64,000 nt of DNA from an uncultured delta proteobacterium (GCA_963745035.1 CAVUVW010000004.1:7425-71424); one strand, 5' to 3'; shown: positions 37,551-47,425, counted from the stretch's first letter. The notes: generated by a model not told the origin, from the sequence alone. Numbers and translations are program-made.

Positions 37551-38945
37551 GTGAGCGCGAACGAAGGAATGATCGATTTAAGACAGTTTCTGAGACTTTT
37601 GGAGTCCGAAGGAGAGTTGCACAAGATCGGCGCGGAGGTCGATCCGAAGCACGAGCTCGGCGCGATCTGCAAGATTCACAACGAGCGCCCAAACACTCCG
37701 GCGCTGCTGTTCGAGAACGTCAAAGGCCATAAAATTCCGGTGGTGGGGCAATTGCTCGCGACCGATCGACGGGTGGCGCTGGCGCTCGGTCTGTCGCAGG
37801 AAAACGTATTCGAAGAGACCGTGGCACGCGCGGGCAAGCCGCTGGCGCCGCGCCGGGTTCCGCAGGGCCCGTGTCAAGAAGTCGTCTTTGAAGGCGTCGA
37901 CGTGGATCTCAGCAAGCTGCCGATCTGCACGAACAACCCCAATGACGGTGGCCAGTACATCACTGCGGGCCACGTCATCATTAAGGATCCCGAATTTGGC
38001 AACAACCTCGCGATCTACCGGATGATGGTGGTGTCGAAGAACGAGGTGACGATCCGCTTCACTCCCGGCCACGATGGCTACGATTTTATCAAAGGCGCCG
38101 AGAAGCGCGGCCAAGAAAAATTCGAGGTCGCGGTGTGCATCGGTGTGCCGCCGGCGGTCTACGTCGCATCGCAGTTCGAGCCCCGCGCCGGAGTTTACGA
38201 GTTGGAAATCGCCGGCGGGCTTGCAGGCGTGCCCGTCGATGTCGTGAAGTGTCGCACTCTCGACTTGGAAGTTCCCGCGCTCGCCGAGATCGTGCTCGAA
38301 GGCGAGCTGACGATCCCGGCGAAGACCGGCGACGAGGGGCCGTTCGGCGAATTCTGCGGCTACACGACCGCGCAGGTGCCCAACGAGCGGATCATGAAGA
38401 TCAAAGCGGTGACCCATCGCAAGAATCCGATTTATCACAACATCTGGCTCGGCAAGCCGCCGCACGAGCACCTCTACGTCGATGCCTTGACCTACGCGGT
38501 GGCGGCCTACCAGGAATTGAAGCCTGCCTATCCGGCGCTGAAAAAAGCTTATGCGCCGCCCTGGGGCGTGTCGATCGTGTTGATCCTGCAATTGGAAAAC
38601 CGTTTGATGCGCCCCGGGATTGTCAACAACATCCTCGCTTCGTCGCTCTACACGCGCAGCGGCAAGTGGAAGCACGTGATCGTGGTCGACGAAGACATCA
38701 ACATGGAAGATCCCAACGAAGTGCTCTGGGCGTTGACCACGCGCTTCCAGCCGGCGACCGACATGTTCGTCATCCCGCGGAGCATCACCAGTTCCCTGGA
38801 GCCGTCGGCCGGCGCCGATGGTTTGACTTCGAAGCTGATGCTCGACCTGACGATCAAAGAGAACTTTCGCGGCGAAGTGGCGCAGCCCACCGACAAAATG
38901 CGCCAGTCGGTTTTGCAGCGCTGGAAAGAGTATGGCTTTAAATAA
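37551..38945 (+). CDS. UbiD-family (prFMN-dependent) decarboxylase 1
   Basis: The N-terminus is DLRQFLRLLESEGELHKI and ALLFENVKGH follows. The family-diagnostic block is DEGPFGEFCGYTT. Length is 464 aa. Confidence 0.9.
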   Translation: MSANEGMIDLRQFLRLLESEGELHKIGAEVDPKHELGAICKIHNERPNTPALLFENVKGHKIPVVGQLLATDRRVALALGLSQENVFEETVARAGKPLAPRRVPQGPCQEVVFEGVDVDLSKLPICTNNPNDGGQYITAGHVIIKDPEFGNNLAIYRMMVVSKNEVTIRFTPGHDGYDFIKGAEKRGQEKFEVAVCIGVPPAVYVASQFEPRAGVYELEIAGGLAGVPVDVVKCRTLDLEVPALAEIVLEGELTIPAKTGDEGPFGEFCGYTTAQVPNERIMKIKAVTHRKNPIYHNIWLGKPPHEHLYVDALTYAVAAYQELKPAYPALKKAYAPPWGVSIVLILQLENRLMRPGIVNNILASSLYTRSGKWKHVIVVDEDINMEDPNEVLWALTTRFQPATDMFVIPRSITSSLEPSAGADGLTSKLMLDLTIKENFRGEVAQPTDKMRQSVLQRWKEYGFK

Positions 38946-38955
38946 GGATAAATTC

Positions 38956-38997
38956 GTTCAAGCTGTTCAAGACGTTCAAAGCGTTCAATCCGTTTAG
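38956..38997. repeat. array A: 4 x GTTCAA + 1 degenerate (GTTTAG) at exact 9-nt spacing, variable 3-nt spacers
   Basis: Hexamers start at 38956, 38965, 38974, 38983 and 38992. The spacers are GCT, GAC, AGC and TCC. The array begins 10 nt after the UbiD-1 stop and ends 19 nt before the GTG of the next gene. Confidence 0.9.
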
Positions 38998-39016
38998 GAT
39001 TCAGAGGGAAACTTCC

Positions 39017-40257
39017 GTGGCGAAGGCGAGACGGGAAGAGAAAAACTAAAAGCGTTACGGTAGCGGATATCCCACATGTAGGGCCGGGAACGCCGTGTGG
39101 CGAATGGTTTCGGCGCTACTGGATCGTGGTCGGAACCGCGCAGGAGCTGTACGACATTCCCCAAGCTGTGAAAGTGCTCGGCGAAAAATTGGTGTTGTTC
39201 CGCGATCCGGCCGGGAAAGTCGGCTTGCTCGGCGAGCACTGTCCCCATCGCGGCGCGTCGTTGGAATACGGCGACATCGAAGACGGTGGTTTGCGTTGCC
39301 CCTATCACGGCTGGCTTTTCAATACCGCACGGCCAATGCCTGGAGATGCCGGCGGAGCCGAAAGACAGCAAGTTTTGCCAGAAGGTGAAACATCTTTCCT
39401 ATCCGGTGAAAGAACTCGGCGGCTTGTTGTTCGCGTACATGGGGCCGAATGCGGACGATGCGCCGCCGCTGCCGAACTATGCGCCGCTCGCCGAGCGGCC
39501 CGGCCAGTGGCAGGTCGAGCCGGTGCGGCATGCGGACTACAACTGGTTCAACTTCTTCGAAAACTCCGCCGACCCGGCGCACGTGTGCATCCTGCATCGC
39601 CACGCCGGCTACGGCCAGCAGTCCTGGGGCAATCAGTTCTTCAGCTACACGGATATGCCGCACTTCGAGTTCATCGAAATGGATTACGGCATGAAAGTCG
39701 TGATGACCAAGCCGGGGTCAGAAAAGGGAACCGAGTTTGTCGACGAGATGAGTCTCGCGCTGCCGAGCATCGTGCAAGTCGGCGATACCGAGTTTGTGCA
39801 TGCCAAAGTCGATGCCGCGGAACTGATGGCGCGGGGCTCTCAGTGCGAGCACTGGATGTTCGTGACGCCGAACGACGATGACCACTTTATGCTTTTTACC
39901 GCTGACAATTATCGCGGCCCGGAGGCGGATTTTTTCGCCAAGCTGAAGACGCTGCGCGCCAAAGAGATGCCGGCCGAAGAAGTCAAGCCGTACGACAAGC
40001 GGCGCTTCATGCCGTACAAAGGCAACATCCGTCAGGAAGACATCATCACTCAGGGAACGCAGGGTCTCCTCGGCGAACGCGGCGAGCAGCTCGGCGTCTC
40101 CGATCGTGGCGTGATCAAGTTTCGCAAGATCGTGCTCGAGGCGATCGAGACGGCGCTCAGCGGCGGCCGTCCCAAGGGCGTGATCGGGAAAAGCGAGTCC
40201 GCGGGGCTTTATAAGCTGGATACGCAGGTGGGACTGCGAGAGAAGAAAACTCAGTAG
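39017..40257 (+). pseudogene. Rieske oxygenase A2 (paralogue of A1) with two frame breaks
   Basis: The GTG at 39017 (RBS GAGGGAA) reads MAKARREEK, then hits a stop after an A5 run (39041-39045). The next frame gives ..ADIPHVGPGTPCGEWFRRYW..CPHRGASLEYGDIEDGGLRCPYHGWLFN. A second switch near 39325 leads to GQCLEMPAEP..ENSADPAHVCILH and on to the end. Confidence 0.8.
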
Positions 40258-40328
40258 AAGGGCGGCAAAAGCTAGGTGAAAGATTTTTGCGCATTTCGCC
40301 GCGCATTGCAGGTGACAAGGAGGCAACG

Positions 40329-41191
40329 ATGATACGAGGAGTGCTGCTGCCGATTATCACGCCGTTCGACGAAAAGGTTCGGGTCGACGAACAGATGATG
40401 CGCCAGCTGGTCGATTTTCACATCAAGGCTGGGGTGCAGGGATTGTTCGTGGCTCGGCTCCACCGGCCAAGGACCGGCGATGACGGTCGAGGAGCGCAAG
40501 CAAACGGCCGCCGATCGCGCTCGATCAGGCGAAATCGCGCGTGCCGGTGATCATTCACGTCGGCACGGCCGATGCGGGCAGCGCGGTCGAGCTGGCTGAG
40601 CACGCCGCGGCGCACAAAGCCGACGCGGTGGCAATCGTGCCGCCGTATTACTATTCCGATCACACCGAATACGAGATCATCGCGCACTACGAAGCGGTCC
40701 ACAAAGCGGTGCCGCTGCCGATCTATATCTACGAAAATCCTAAATACTCTGGGATTTCGATTCCGCCCGGCTTTGCCGTTCGCATGAAAGAAAAGGTGCC
40801 GGCGCTTAAAGGCATCAAAGTCGCTTATGGCCAAGGCGCGCTGCTCGACTACGTGCGGCTGTTGCCCGACGTTTCGGTGTTCACCGGCAACGCAGACCTT
40901 TTCGGTTTGGTGCCGTTCGGCGTCGCCGGGATGATCAATCCGCCGACGAGCTTCGTCCCCGAACTGTGCGTCGATCTTTTCAACTCTCTCGATCGCAAAG
41001 ACTTCCCGGCGGCCGTGGAAGCGCAGAAGCGGGTAGATACCGCGGCGCGAATCGTGGCCGCTCGCTTGCGCAAATACGGCCGAGTGCCGCTGCAGGAGGT
41101 CTATCGCATGCGCGGTTTCGCCGTGAAGCGTTTTCCCAAGTGGGAGACCGAGCAGATGCCGAAGGAGGAAATCGCCGAAATTGGAGCGTGA
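40329..41191 (+). pseudogene. DapA/HpaI-like class I aldolase (dihydrodipicolinate-synthase family) with two frame breaks about 57 nt apart
   Basis: The ATG follows AAGGAGG. The sequence MIRGVLLPIITPF..GVQGLFVA switches frame to GSTGQGPAMTVEERKQTAA. It then switches again to IALDQAKSRVPVIIHVGTAD...ALKGIKVAYG (Schiff-base Lys region). Confidence 0.75.
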
Positions 41192-41296
41192 GCTTAGGGA
41201 CGCGGGGATTCTCGGACAGTGAAAGGATTTAAGTTATTGCTTGAAAACGGGATGAAGTTGCAAGAATTGCTCTGCGACTAAGCGCGATTATGATGC

Positions 41297-42304
41297 TTGA
41301 AGCGAGCGCTCAGTCGCATGCTGATGAATGCTGGAGAGATGCTTTGTCCTTTGTGCTCTTTCGCACTGAGTTTTCTTATTCCGTCGGTCGCGCAAGCAGA
41401 GCCCATTCGATTGGCGTATAGCTCGATCAGCGGCGCCATGGCGCCTTTATGGGTGGCGCAGGACTATGGGTATTTTCGCCGCCACGGAGTGGATCTTCAG
41501 CTGCTCTACATCGGCGGCGGCTCGGTGGCGACTCAAGCGCTCCTCGGCGGCGATGTGCAGTTCGTTCGGCTCGGCGCGAACGCCGTCGTTCAGGCGTCGC
41601 TTAGAGGCGCCAATCTCAAAATGATCGGCAATACGATCAACACGCTGGTATTTTCATTGATGGCCCGCCCCGAAGTCCAAACCGCCAAGGATCTCAAAGG
41701 TAGAAAAATCGGTTTGACACGCCTCGGCGGCTCGACGGATTTTGCTTTGGATCTCGCGCTCAAAAAATGGGGACTGCGGCGCGGCTCCGACGTTGCGGTT
41801 CTCCAGACCGGCGGCATGCCGCAATTGCTCGGGGCGATCACCGGCGGAGTCGTCGACGCCGGCGTGGTCTCGCCGCCGACCAACTTGTCGGCGGCCAAGC
41901 TCGGTCTCAAGGAACTTGTCGACTTCGGCGAAATCGGCATTGTCTATCCCAACTCGCCGCTCGCCACATCTCAAGTGTACTTGGAAAAAAACCGGGCTAC
42001 CGCTCTGAGGGTCTTGCGCGCCTACTGCGAAGGCATTCATCGGGTGAGAACGGACAAAGAGGGAACGATGAAGGTCCTGGCGAGATACACGAAGGTGAAT
42101 GACCCGGAGATTCTCGCCGAGCTTTACCGAATCTACGGCGTCAAGTATCTCGAGCCGATTCCGAGAGTGAGACTGGATGCCGTCGATGAAGTGTTGCGCT
42201 CCGAGGTGAAAGCGGGGGCGGGTGTCAAGGCGAGTGATTTCATTGACAACAGCCTGGTGGCCGAGCTCGAGCAGCAGGGATTGTTTCAGACGTTGTACCG
42301 ATAG
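41297..42304 (+). CDS. exported NMT1/SsuA-type substrate-binding protein (SBP3, paralogue of SBP1)
   Basis: The signal peptide ends SVAQA. Its blocks align with SBP1: IRLAYSSISGAMAPLWVAQ, DLKGRKIGLTRLGGSTDFALD and FIDNSLVAELEQQGLFQTLYR*. The start codon is uncertain (TTG 41297 or an ATG a few codons downstream). Confidence 0.85.
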   Translation: MKRALSRMLMNAGEMLCPLCSFALSFLIPSVAQAEPIRLAYSSISGAMAPLWVAQDYGYFRRHGVDLQLLYIGGGSVATQALLGGDVQFVRLGANAVVQASLRGANLKMIGNTINTLVFSLMARPEVQTAKDLKGRKIGLTRLGGSTDFALDLALKKWGLRRGSDVAVLQTGGMPQLLGAITGGVVDAGVVSPPTNLSAAKLGLKELVDFGEIGIVYPNSPLATSQVYLEKNRATALRVLRAYCEGIHRVRTDKEGTMKVLARYTKVNDPEILAELYRIYGVKYLEPIPRVRLDAVDEVLRSEVKAGAGVKASDFIDNSLVAELEQQGLFQTLYR

Positions 42305-42313
42305 GAGGAAGTG

Positions 42314-43741
42314 ATGGCTTATAAAGATCTCCGGGAGTGGCTGGATCAGGTCAACCAGTTAGGCGAGCTCAAAACCGTGGAGGGCGCGGACTGGGATCTG
42401 GAGATCGGCGCGATCATCGAGATGGCGCGCAAGGAAGCCAAGGTCGCTCCTTGTATACTGTTCGATTCAATTAAAGGCTTCGATAAGGGTTTGCGGCTCG
42501 TGGCCGGACAGCTTAACTCGATCAAACGGGTCGCGCTCACCTGCGGCATGCCGACCGACATGGCGACCATGGATTTGGTCCGAGCCATGCGCACGAAGAT
42601 CAAGGAAATGAAGCCGATTCCGCCGCGCGAGGTCAAAGAAGGGCCTTTCCTGGAGAATGTTTGGGAGGAAAAAGACGTCGACGTCATGCGTTTCCCGACG
42701 CCGCGCTACAACATCGGCGACGGCGGACGCTACATCGGCACCGGGCATCTGACGATCACCCGGGATCCGGAAGAAGGCTGGCTCAACATCGGCACTTACC
42801 GAGTGATGATTCACGATGAGAAGTCCGTCGGGCTGTATATCTCTCCGGGACGGCACGCGCGCATTCAAATGGAAAAGTATTTTGCCCAGAAGCGCCCTAT
42901 GCCCGTGGCGCTCTCGTTGGGGCACGATCCGCTTCTCTTCATGGCGTCGGCCTTTGAAGTGCCGTACGGGCTCTCGGAATACGATTTCGCCGGCGGCCTC
43001 AAAGGCGCGCCGATCGAGGTGGTCAAACTGGCGCGAACGGGTCTTCAAGTGCCGGCGACCGCGGAGGTTGTCATCGAGGGCGAATGTTTGCCGGGCGATC
43101 AAAAGACCGAAGGGCCGTTCGGCGAGTGGACCGGATACTACGCGAGTCACGTCCGAGAAGAGCCCATCATCCGCATCCGCCGTATGTATTGTCGCAACGA
43201 TCCGATCATGGCGGGCGCGCCGCCGAGCCGGCCGCCGACGGAGGCAACTTTCTATAAAAGTTTTTGGCGGTCGGCCATGGTTTGGGAAGAGCTCGAGCGC
43301 GCCGGCGTGCCCGATGTCGTCGGGGTTTACTGCCCGCCTGAAGGCAATACGCGGCTGCTCACTGTAGTCGCCATCCGCCAGCGTTATCCGGGCCACGCGC
43401 GCCAGGCGGGATTGATCGCGTCTCAATGCCACGCTGCCGCGTATCTCGGGCGTTTCACCGTTGTGGTCGACGAGGACATCGACCCAACCGACATGAAGGA
43501 TGTGTGGTGGGCGATGACGACCCGCTGCGATCCGTCGGAAGACATCGAAATTCTGCGCCGCTGCTGGAGCGGGCCGTTGGATCCGATCGTTCAAAGAGGC
43601 AAAAAGGGATTCAACTCCCGAGCTGTCATCGACGCTTGTCGACCGTACGAATGGATCAAAGATTTCCCCGCTTCGGTGATCGTACCGCCGGACCTGGCGC
43701 AGCAGGTGAGACAAAAGTGGGGCAAACAAATTTTGTCGTAA
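42314..43741 (+). CDS. UbiD-family (prFMN-dependent) decarboxylase 2
   Basis: The ATG lies 4 nt after AGGAGGA (the track ORF begins at GTG 42311). Motifs DLREWLDQVNQLGELKTV, ILFDSIKGF and TEGPFGEWTGYYA are present. Confidence 0.9.
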   Translation: MAYKDLREWLDQVNQLGELKTVEGADWDLEIGAIIEMARKEAKVAPCILFDSIKGFDKGLRLVAGQLNSIKRVALTCGMPTDMATMDLVRAMRTKIKEMKPIPPREVKEGPFLENVWEEKDVDVMRFPTPRYNIGDGGRYIGTGHLTITRDPEEGWLNIGTYRVMIHDEKSVGLYISPGRHARIQMEKYFAQKRPMPVALSLGHDPLLFMASAFEVPYGLSEYDFAGGLKGAPIEVVKLARTGLQVPATAEVVIEGECLPGDQKTEGPFGEWTGYYASHVREEPIIRIRRMYCRNDPIMAGAPPSRPPTEATFYKSFWRSAMVWEELERAGVPDVVGVYCPPEGNTRLLTVVAIRQRYPGHARQAGLIASQCHAAAYLGRFTVVVDEDIDPTDMKDVWWAMTTRCDPSEDIEILRRCWSGPLDPIVQRGKKGFNSRAVIDACRPYEWIKDFPASVIVPPDLAQQVRQKWGKQILS

Positions 43742-43769
43742 GCGGCTTGAAACGTAGTTTGTTCATTTC

Positions 43770-44369
43770 ATGATTCGTTACGATTGCTTCGAATGGTTGG
43801 CGCCGCTTATGACGGACCAGCTCGTGGTCACGTCCCTCAGCGGACAAAGAGTGGAGTGGGGACATCTGTCGAAGCGTGAGGCGGACCTGAACCTCGGTTC
43901 CATGGGCAATGCATTGGCCGTAGGAATCGGCCTTGCGCTCGCGTTGCCGCATCGCAAAGTCTTCGTGTTCGAGTCGGATGGCAGCATCCTGCTCTCGCTC
44001 TTCAATCTCCCCACACTGGCGAACCTCAATCCGCCCAACATGGCCGTGTTCGTGTTCGACAATCAGGCTTACAGCGGCACGCGGATCAGCTATCCGAGCG
44101 CGACGGCGGGGAAAACGGATCTTGCGGCGGTGGCCAAAGGGTCCGGCATCGAGCATGCCGTGACCGTGTCGGAGCTGGAGGATTTCAAGAGGGAAGCTAC
44201 CGGAGCGATGAACCAGACCGGCTTGCGCTTCGTCGTCTGCAAAATCGAAGAGAGCCTCGGTCACCGGAAGATCACCCGAAGCGACATCGATTTGTTGGAG
44301 ACCAAGTACCGCTTCGTGCGTTATCTCGAGCGCACCGAAGGCAAAGCCATTTTCCAAGGACGGGGATAA
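43770..44369 (+). CDS. split thiamine-diphosphate enzyme, PP-domain (beta) subunit, pair 1 (ComE/phosphonopyruvate-decarboxylase-like)
   Basis: 199 aa. Contains GSMGNALAVGIGLALALP and a ThDP-Mg motif variant, ESDGSILLSLFNLPTLANLNPPNMAVFVFDNQAYSGT. Confidence 0.8.
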   Translation: MIRYDCFEWLAPLMTDQLVVTSLSGQRVEWGHLSKREADLNLGSMGNALAVGIGLALALPHRKVFVFESDGSILLSLFNLPTLANLNPPNMAVFVFDNQAYSGTRISYPSATAGKTDLAAVAKGSGIEHAVTVSELEDFKREATGAMNQTGLRFVVCKIEESLGHRKITRSDIDLLETKYRFVRYLERTEGKAIFQGRG

Positions 44370-44396
44370 ACACTCGATAGTACGATTTGTAATCTT

Positions 44397-44903
44397 ATGA
44401 AAGCCGAGCTCGCCAGCAGAACCGTCGCGGGACTGAAAGCCGCGGGGATAGATTTCGTCAGCTACATGCCCGAGACGAGGTTGAGCGAAATTCTCCCGCT
44501 GATGAAGGCAGACGGGTCTTTTACTCTGGTGCCGGTGGCCAGTGAAGCCGAGGCGGTGGGTATCGCCGCGGGGGCCTCCCTGGGAGGAAAACGCTCGGCT
44601 GTATACATGGAAGGAACCGGTCTTTTCGTTTCGACTTACAACCTGCTCACGATCGGCGAGCGCTACGGCGTGCCGATGCTGTTGCTGGTGGCTTACGTTG
44701 GAAGTTTCGAAGACCAGCGCAACTCCTATCTGTTTTCCCACTACGGCAACAAGACCAAGGGCATACTCGATACTCTTGGCATTCAATACCTGACCGTCGC
44801 TGCCGCCGACGAGCTCGAACCGCGGATCAAAGACGCGGTCAGAATGATGCACGCCCTGAAGCTGCCCGTGGCTTTGCTGTTCACGGGAGAATTCACCGAA
44901 TAG
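44397..44903 (+). CDS. split thiamine-diphosphate enzyme, PYR-domain (alpha) subunit, pair 1 (ComD-like)
   Basis: 168 aa. Contains LKAAGIDFVSYMPE, VPVASEAEAVGIAAGASLGGKRSAVYMEGTGL (catalytic-Glu region) and VPMLLLVAYVGS. Confidence 0.8.
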   Translation: MKAELASRTVAGLKAAGIDFVSYMPETRLSEILPLMKADGSFTLVPVASEAEAVGIAAGASLGGKRSAVYMEGTGLFVSTYNLLTIGERYGVPMLLLVAYVGSFEDQRNSYLFSHYGNKTKGILDTLGIQYLTVAAADELEPRIKDAVRMMHALKLPVALLFTGEFTE

Positions 44904-44929
44904 CTATCCGTTTAGAAAGGTCCATCAAA

Positions 44930-45901
44930 ATGAAATTGCGCAGCTCGATCCTGCACGCTGTTTTTCTTATCGCAGGGACTTTAAGTTTGGCCAGCGTCGA
45001 GGCGAAAACGATCTATATCGCCGTTTCCAATCCCGACATGTCGTTCTTGAGCGGCGGTGTTGCTAAGTTTCAAGGCTACTTCAAGGACGAGGGACTGGAC
45101 GTCGAAGTTTTACAGATGAACGCCAACGTCTCGGTGGCGGCCCTAGCGGCGGGCAACGTCGATTACAATCTGATCCTGCAGTCTGTGGTCACGGCAAATC
45201 TGCGCGGCTTGCCGCTCAAGATCGTCGGCATTCTGATCGAACGGCCCAATCACGTCGTGGTCGTCCATCCGAGCATTCAGAAATTCGCCGATCTAAAAAA
45301 TAAAAAAATTGCGATCAGCTCATTTGGCTCTCTGGTGGATATCCTGGCGCGACTCACGGCCGCCCATTTCCAGCTCGATCCGCGCAGGGAAGTGGAGTAT
45401 GTCGCGGCGGGGAGCAGCTCGGCGCGCGTCGCGCAACTGCAGGCCGGCGTGGTGCAGGCGGCCTTCGTGACTCCTCCCGGCAATCTGCGGGCGGAAGCTT
45501 CGGGCTTCAAAACTTTGCTGCGGGTCCGAGACTTGTTCCCTTTTCCGGTAAACGGCATCGGCGTTACCGAGCAGAAGCTCAAGACCAACCGGGACGAAGT
45601 GAAGAAAATCGTCCGGGCGCTGCTGCGCGCCAACCGTTTTATCGTCAATAATCCAAAGGGCGCGGTTAAAATCCTCTCCGATTGGGGCAGGACCAAACCC
45701 GAGGTAGCCGAGGACGCTTACAATGACAACGCGAAAAATTATAGCCGCAATCTGCTGGTATCGAGAGCGACTTTGGAGAACGTCATCGAGAGCACGCGTT
45801 TGAACGTGGAGTTGAAAAGAAGCGTCTCGGTCGACGAGATCTTCGACTTTAGCTTGGTCCGCGAGGTGCTTAAGGAAATGGGAGAATCGCCGAATCCATG
45901 A
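44930..45901 (+). CDS. exported NMT1/SsuA-type substrate-binding protein (SBP4)
   Basis: Signal peptide is AVFLIAGTLSLASVEA. SBP blocks are DLKNKKIAISSFGSLVDILAR and AFVTPPGNLRAE. Confidence 0.85.
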   Translation: MKLRSSILHAVFLIAGTLSLASVEAKTIYIAVSNPDMSFLSGGVAKFQGYFKDEGLDVEVLQMNANVSVAALAAGNVDYNLILQSVVTANLRGLPLKIVGILIERPNHVVVVHPSIQKFADLKNKKIAISSFGSLVDILARLTAAHFQLDPRREVEYVAAGSSSARVAQLQAGVVQAAFVTPPGNLRAEASGFKTLLRVRDLFPFPVNGIGVTEQKLKTNRDEVKKIVRALLRANRFIVNNPKGAVKILSDWGRTKPEVAEDAYNDNAKNYSRNLLVSRATLENVIESTRLNVELKRSVSVDEIFDFSLVREVLKEMGESPNP

Positions 45902-46887
45902 ACATGCGAATGAGCAACTTGACTCAAATCATCTTTCTGGCCGTCTTTCTGCTCTGTGCTTCGACGGCGGAGCTGCCGGCGCAGGCGCGCCCCGAAAAGA
46001 TCGTCTTCTCGATTCCCAGCCGGAGCATCGCTGCTATCGATCTTTACGTCGCCAAGGAGCGGGGCTTCTTTCGCGATGAAGGCCTCGACGTCGATATCGT
46101 GCAGATCCGCGGCAATGTGGCGGTGGCGGCGGCGTTGAGCGGCCAGGTGCAGGCAACCAACGGGGTTGGAACGGTTATTCGCGCGCTGGAGCGGAGCGAG
46201 ATTCCCCTCAAAGTTCTCACGGTAAGCCTCAAAAGAAATCTGTTCTGGCTTGTCGCGCGAAAAGAAATTACCTCGATTGCCCAGCTTAAAGGAAAGATTT
46301 TGGGCACGACGACCTTCGGCGGTTCACAGCATACGGCCGCGACCCGGATCATACGAAAGGGCGGCGTCGATCCGGATAAGGATCTTACGGTGGTGGTAGG
46401 AGGAGATGTGCCGGCGCAGCTACAAAGTTTGATTAGTGGAGTTATCGACGTCGCCGCGCTTTCCCCGCCTACGGTGATCTTGGCGCGTGACAAGTTTCAA
46501 ATGAATGTGCTCGGGTCGGCCATGGAAGATCTCTCGAACCTCCAGAACGGCACCGCCGTAACCGAGAAATATCTGCGCGAGAACAGAGACCTGTTGAAGC
46601 GGATTCTGCGCGCTCGCGCCAAGGCGAACCGTTATTTCTGGGAAAACGAGCGAGGCACAAGCGAAGTCCTGGCGAAATTTCAGAACGTCGATCTTGCCGT
46701 CGCGCGCGAATCTTATCGATTGGCCAAACCCGCTTTCACCGCGGATGGAATTCCTTCGCCCAAAGAGATCGACGAGTTTCTCAAGGCCGATGCCGAGCTG
46801 CTGAAATTGAAGGAACCGATCGCCGCGGCAAAGATCTTCGACTTCTCGCTGCAGCGTGAAGTGAATCAGGAGCTGGGCATGAAATAG
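45898..46887 (+). CDS. exported NMT1/SsuA-type substrate-binding protein (SBP5)
   Basis: There is an ATGA start/stop overlap with SBP4. Signal peptide is IIFLAVFLLCASTAELPAQA. An SBP block is QLKGKILGTTTFGGSQHTAATR. Confidence 0.85.
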   Translation: MNMRMSNLTQIIFLAVFLLCASTAELPAQARPEKIVFSIPSRSIAAIDLYVAKERGFFRDEGLDVDIVQIRGNVAVAAALSGQVQATNGVGTVIRALERSEIPLKVLTVSLKRNLFWLVARKEITSIAQLKGKILGTTTFGGSQHTAATRIIRKGGVDPDKDLTVVVGGDVPAQLQSLISGVIDVAALSPPTVILARDKFQMNVLGSAMEDLSNLQNGTAVTEKYLRENRDLLKRILRARAKANRYFWENERGTSEVLAKFQNVDLAVARESYRLAKPAFTADGIPSPKEIDEFLKADAELLKLKEPIAAAKIFDFSLQREVNQELGMK

Positions 46888-46918
46888 TGCGCTTCTGGCG
46901 GTGACGATTCGGTGAATT

Positions 46919-47425
46919 ATGGAAGCGGAATTGGCGCAAAGACTCGTCGGCGGCCTCAAGCAAGCCGGTATCGATCTCGTGACTTACTTGCCGGAAACCC
47001 GGCTCAGCCAGATCTTACCGCTTTTGCGCGGCGATCCATCGTTTACCTTGGTGCCCGTCGCCAGCGAATCGGAGGCGGTCACGATCGGCGCGGGCGCGGC
47101 GTTGGCGGGCAAGCAAGTCGCGATCTATATGGAATGCACTGGGCTCTATGTCTCATGCTACACGCTCGTGTCCATCGCCCGGCGCTACGGTGTCCCTTTG
47201 CTGCTGGTGGTCGCCTATCTCGGCAGTATGGCCGATCAGCGCAACAATTCGGTTTATGCCGTATCGGGAACCTACGTCGAGCCGTTGTTGGAAGCGTTGC
47301 AGATTCAATTCCAGATCATCAAGAGCGGCGAACGGCTCGAAGCTGATATCCAGGACGCGGTGCGGCACATGCATGCGCTCAAGCTGCCCGTGGCGCTGGT
47401 GTTTACCGGAGACTTCACCGAATGA
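46919..47425 (+). CDS. split thiamine-diphosphate enzyme, PYR-domain (alpha) subunit, pair 2
   Basis: 168 aa and collinear with 44397-44903 (LKQAGIDLVTYLPE, VPVASESEAVTIGAGAALAGKQVAIYMECTGL). Confidence 0.85.
   Translation: MEAELAQRLVGGLKQAGIDLVTYLPETRLSQILPLLRGDPSFTLVPVASESEAVTIGAGAALAGKQVAIYMECTGLYVSCYTLVSIARRYGVPLLLVVAYLGSMADQRNNSVYAVSGTYVEPLLEALQIQFQIIKSGERLEADIQDAVRHMHALKLPVALVFTGDFTE

Noticed and set aside
37578-38675. Long minus-strand ORFs antisense to confidently called genes. Examples are 37578-38675 (365 aa), 42467-43729 (420 aa), 43656-44852 (398 aa), 8874-9893 (339 aa), 25048-25950 (300 aa), 5288-6160 (290 aa), 29128-29964 (278 aa) and 28278-28970 (230 aa).
   Set aside because: They are Arg/Ala/Gly/His-rich with no recognisable motifs, and they exactly shadow plus-strand genes that carry strong family signatures. 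This is the typical high-GC antisense ORF artefact.
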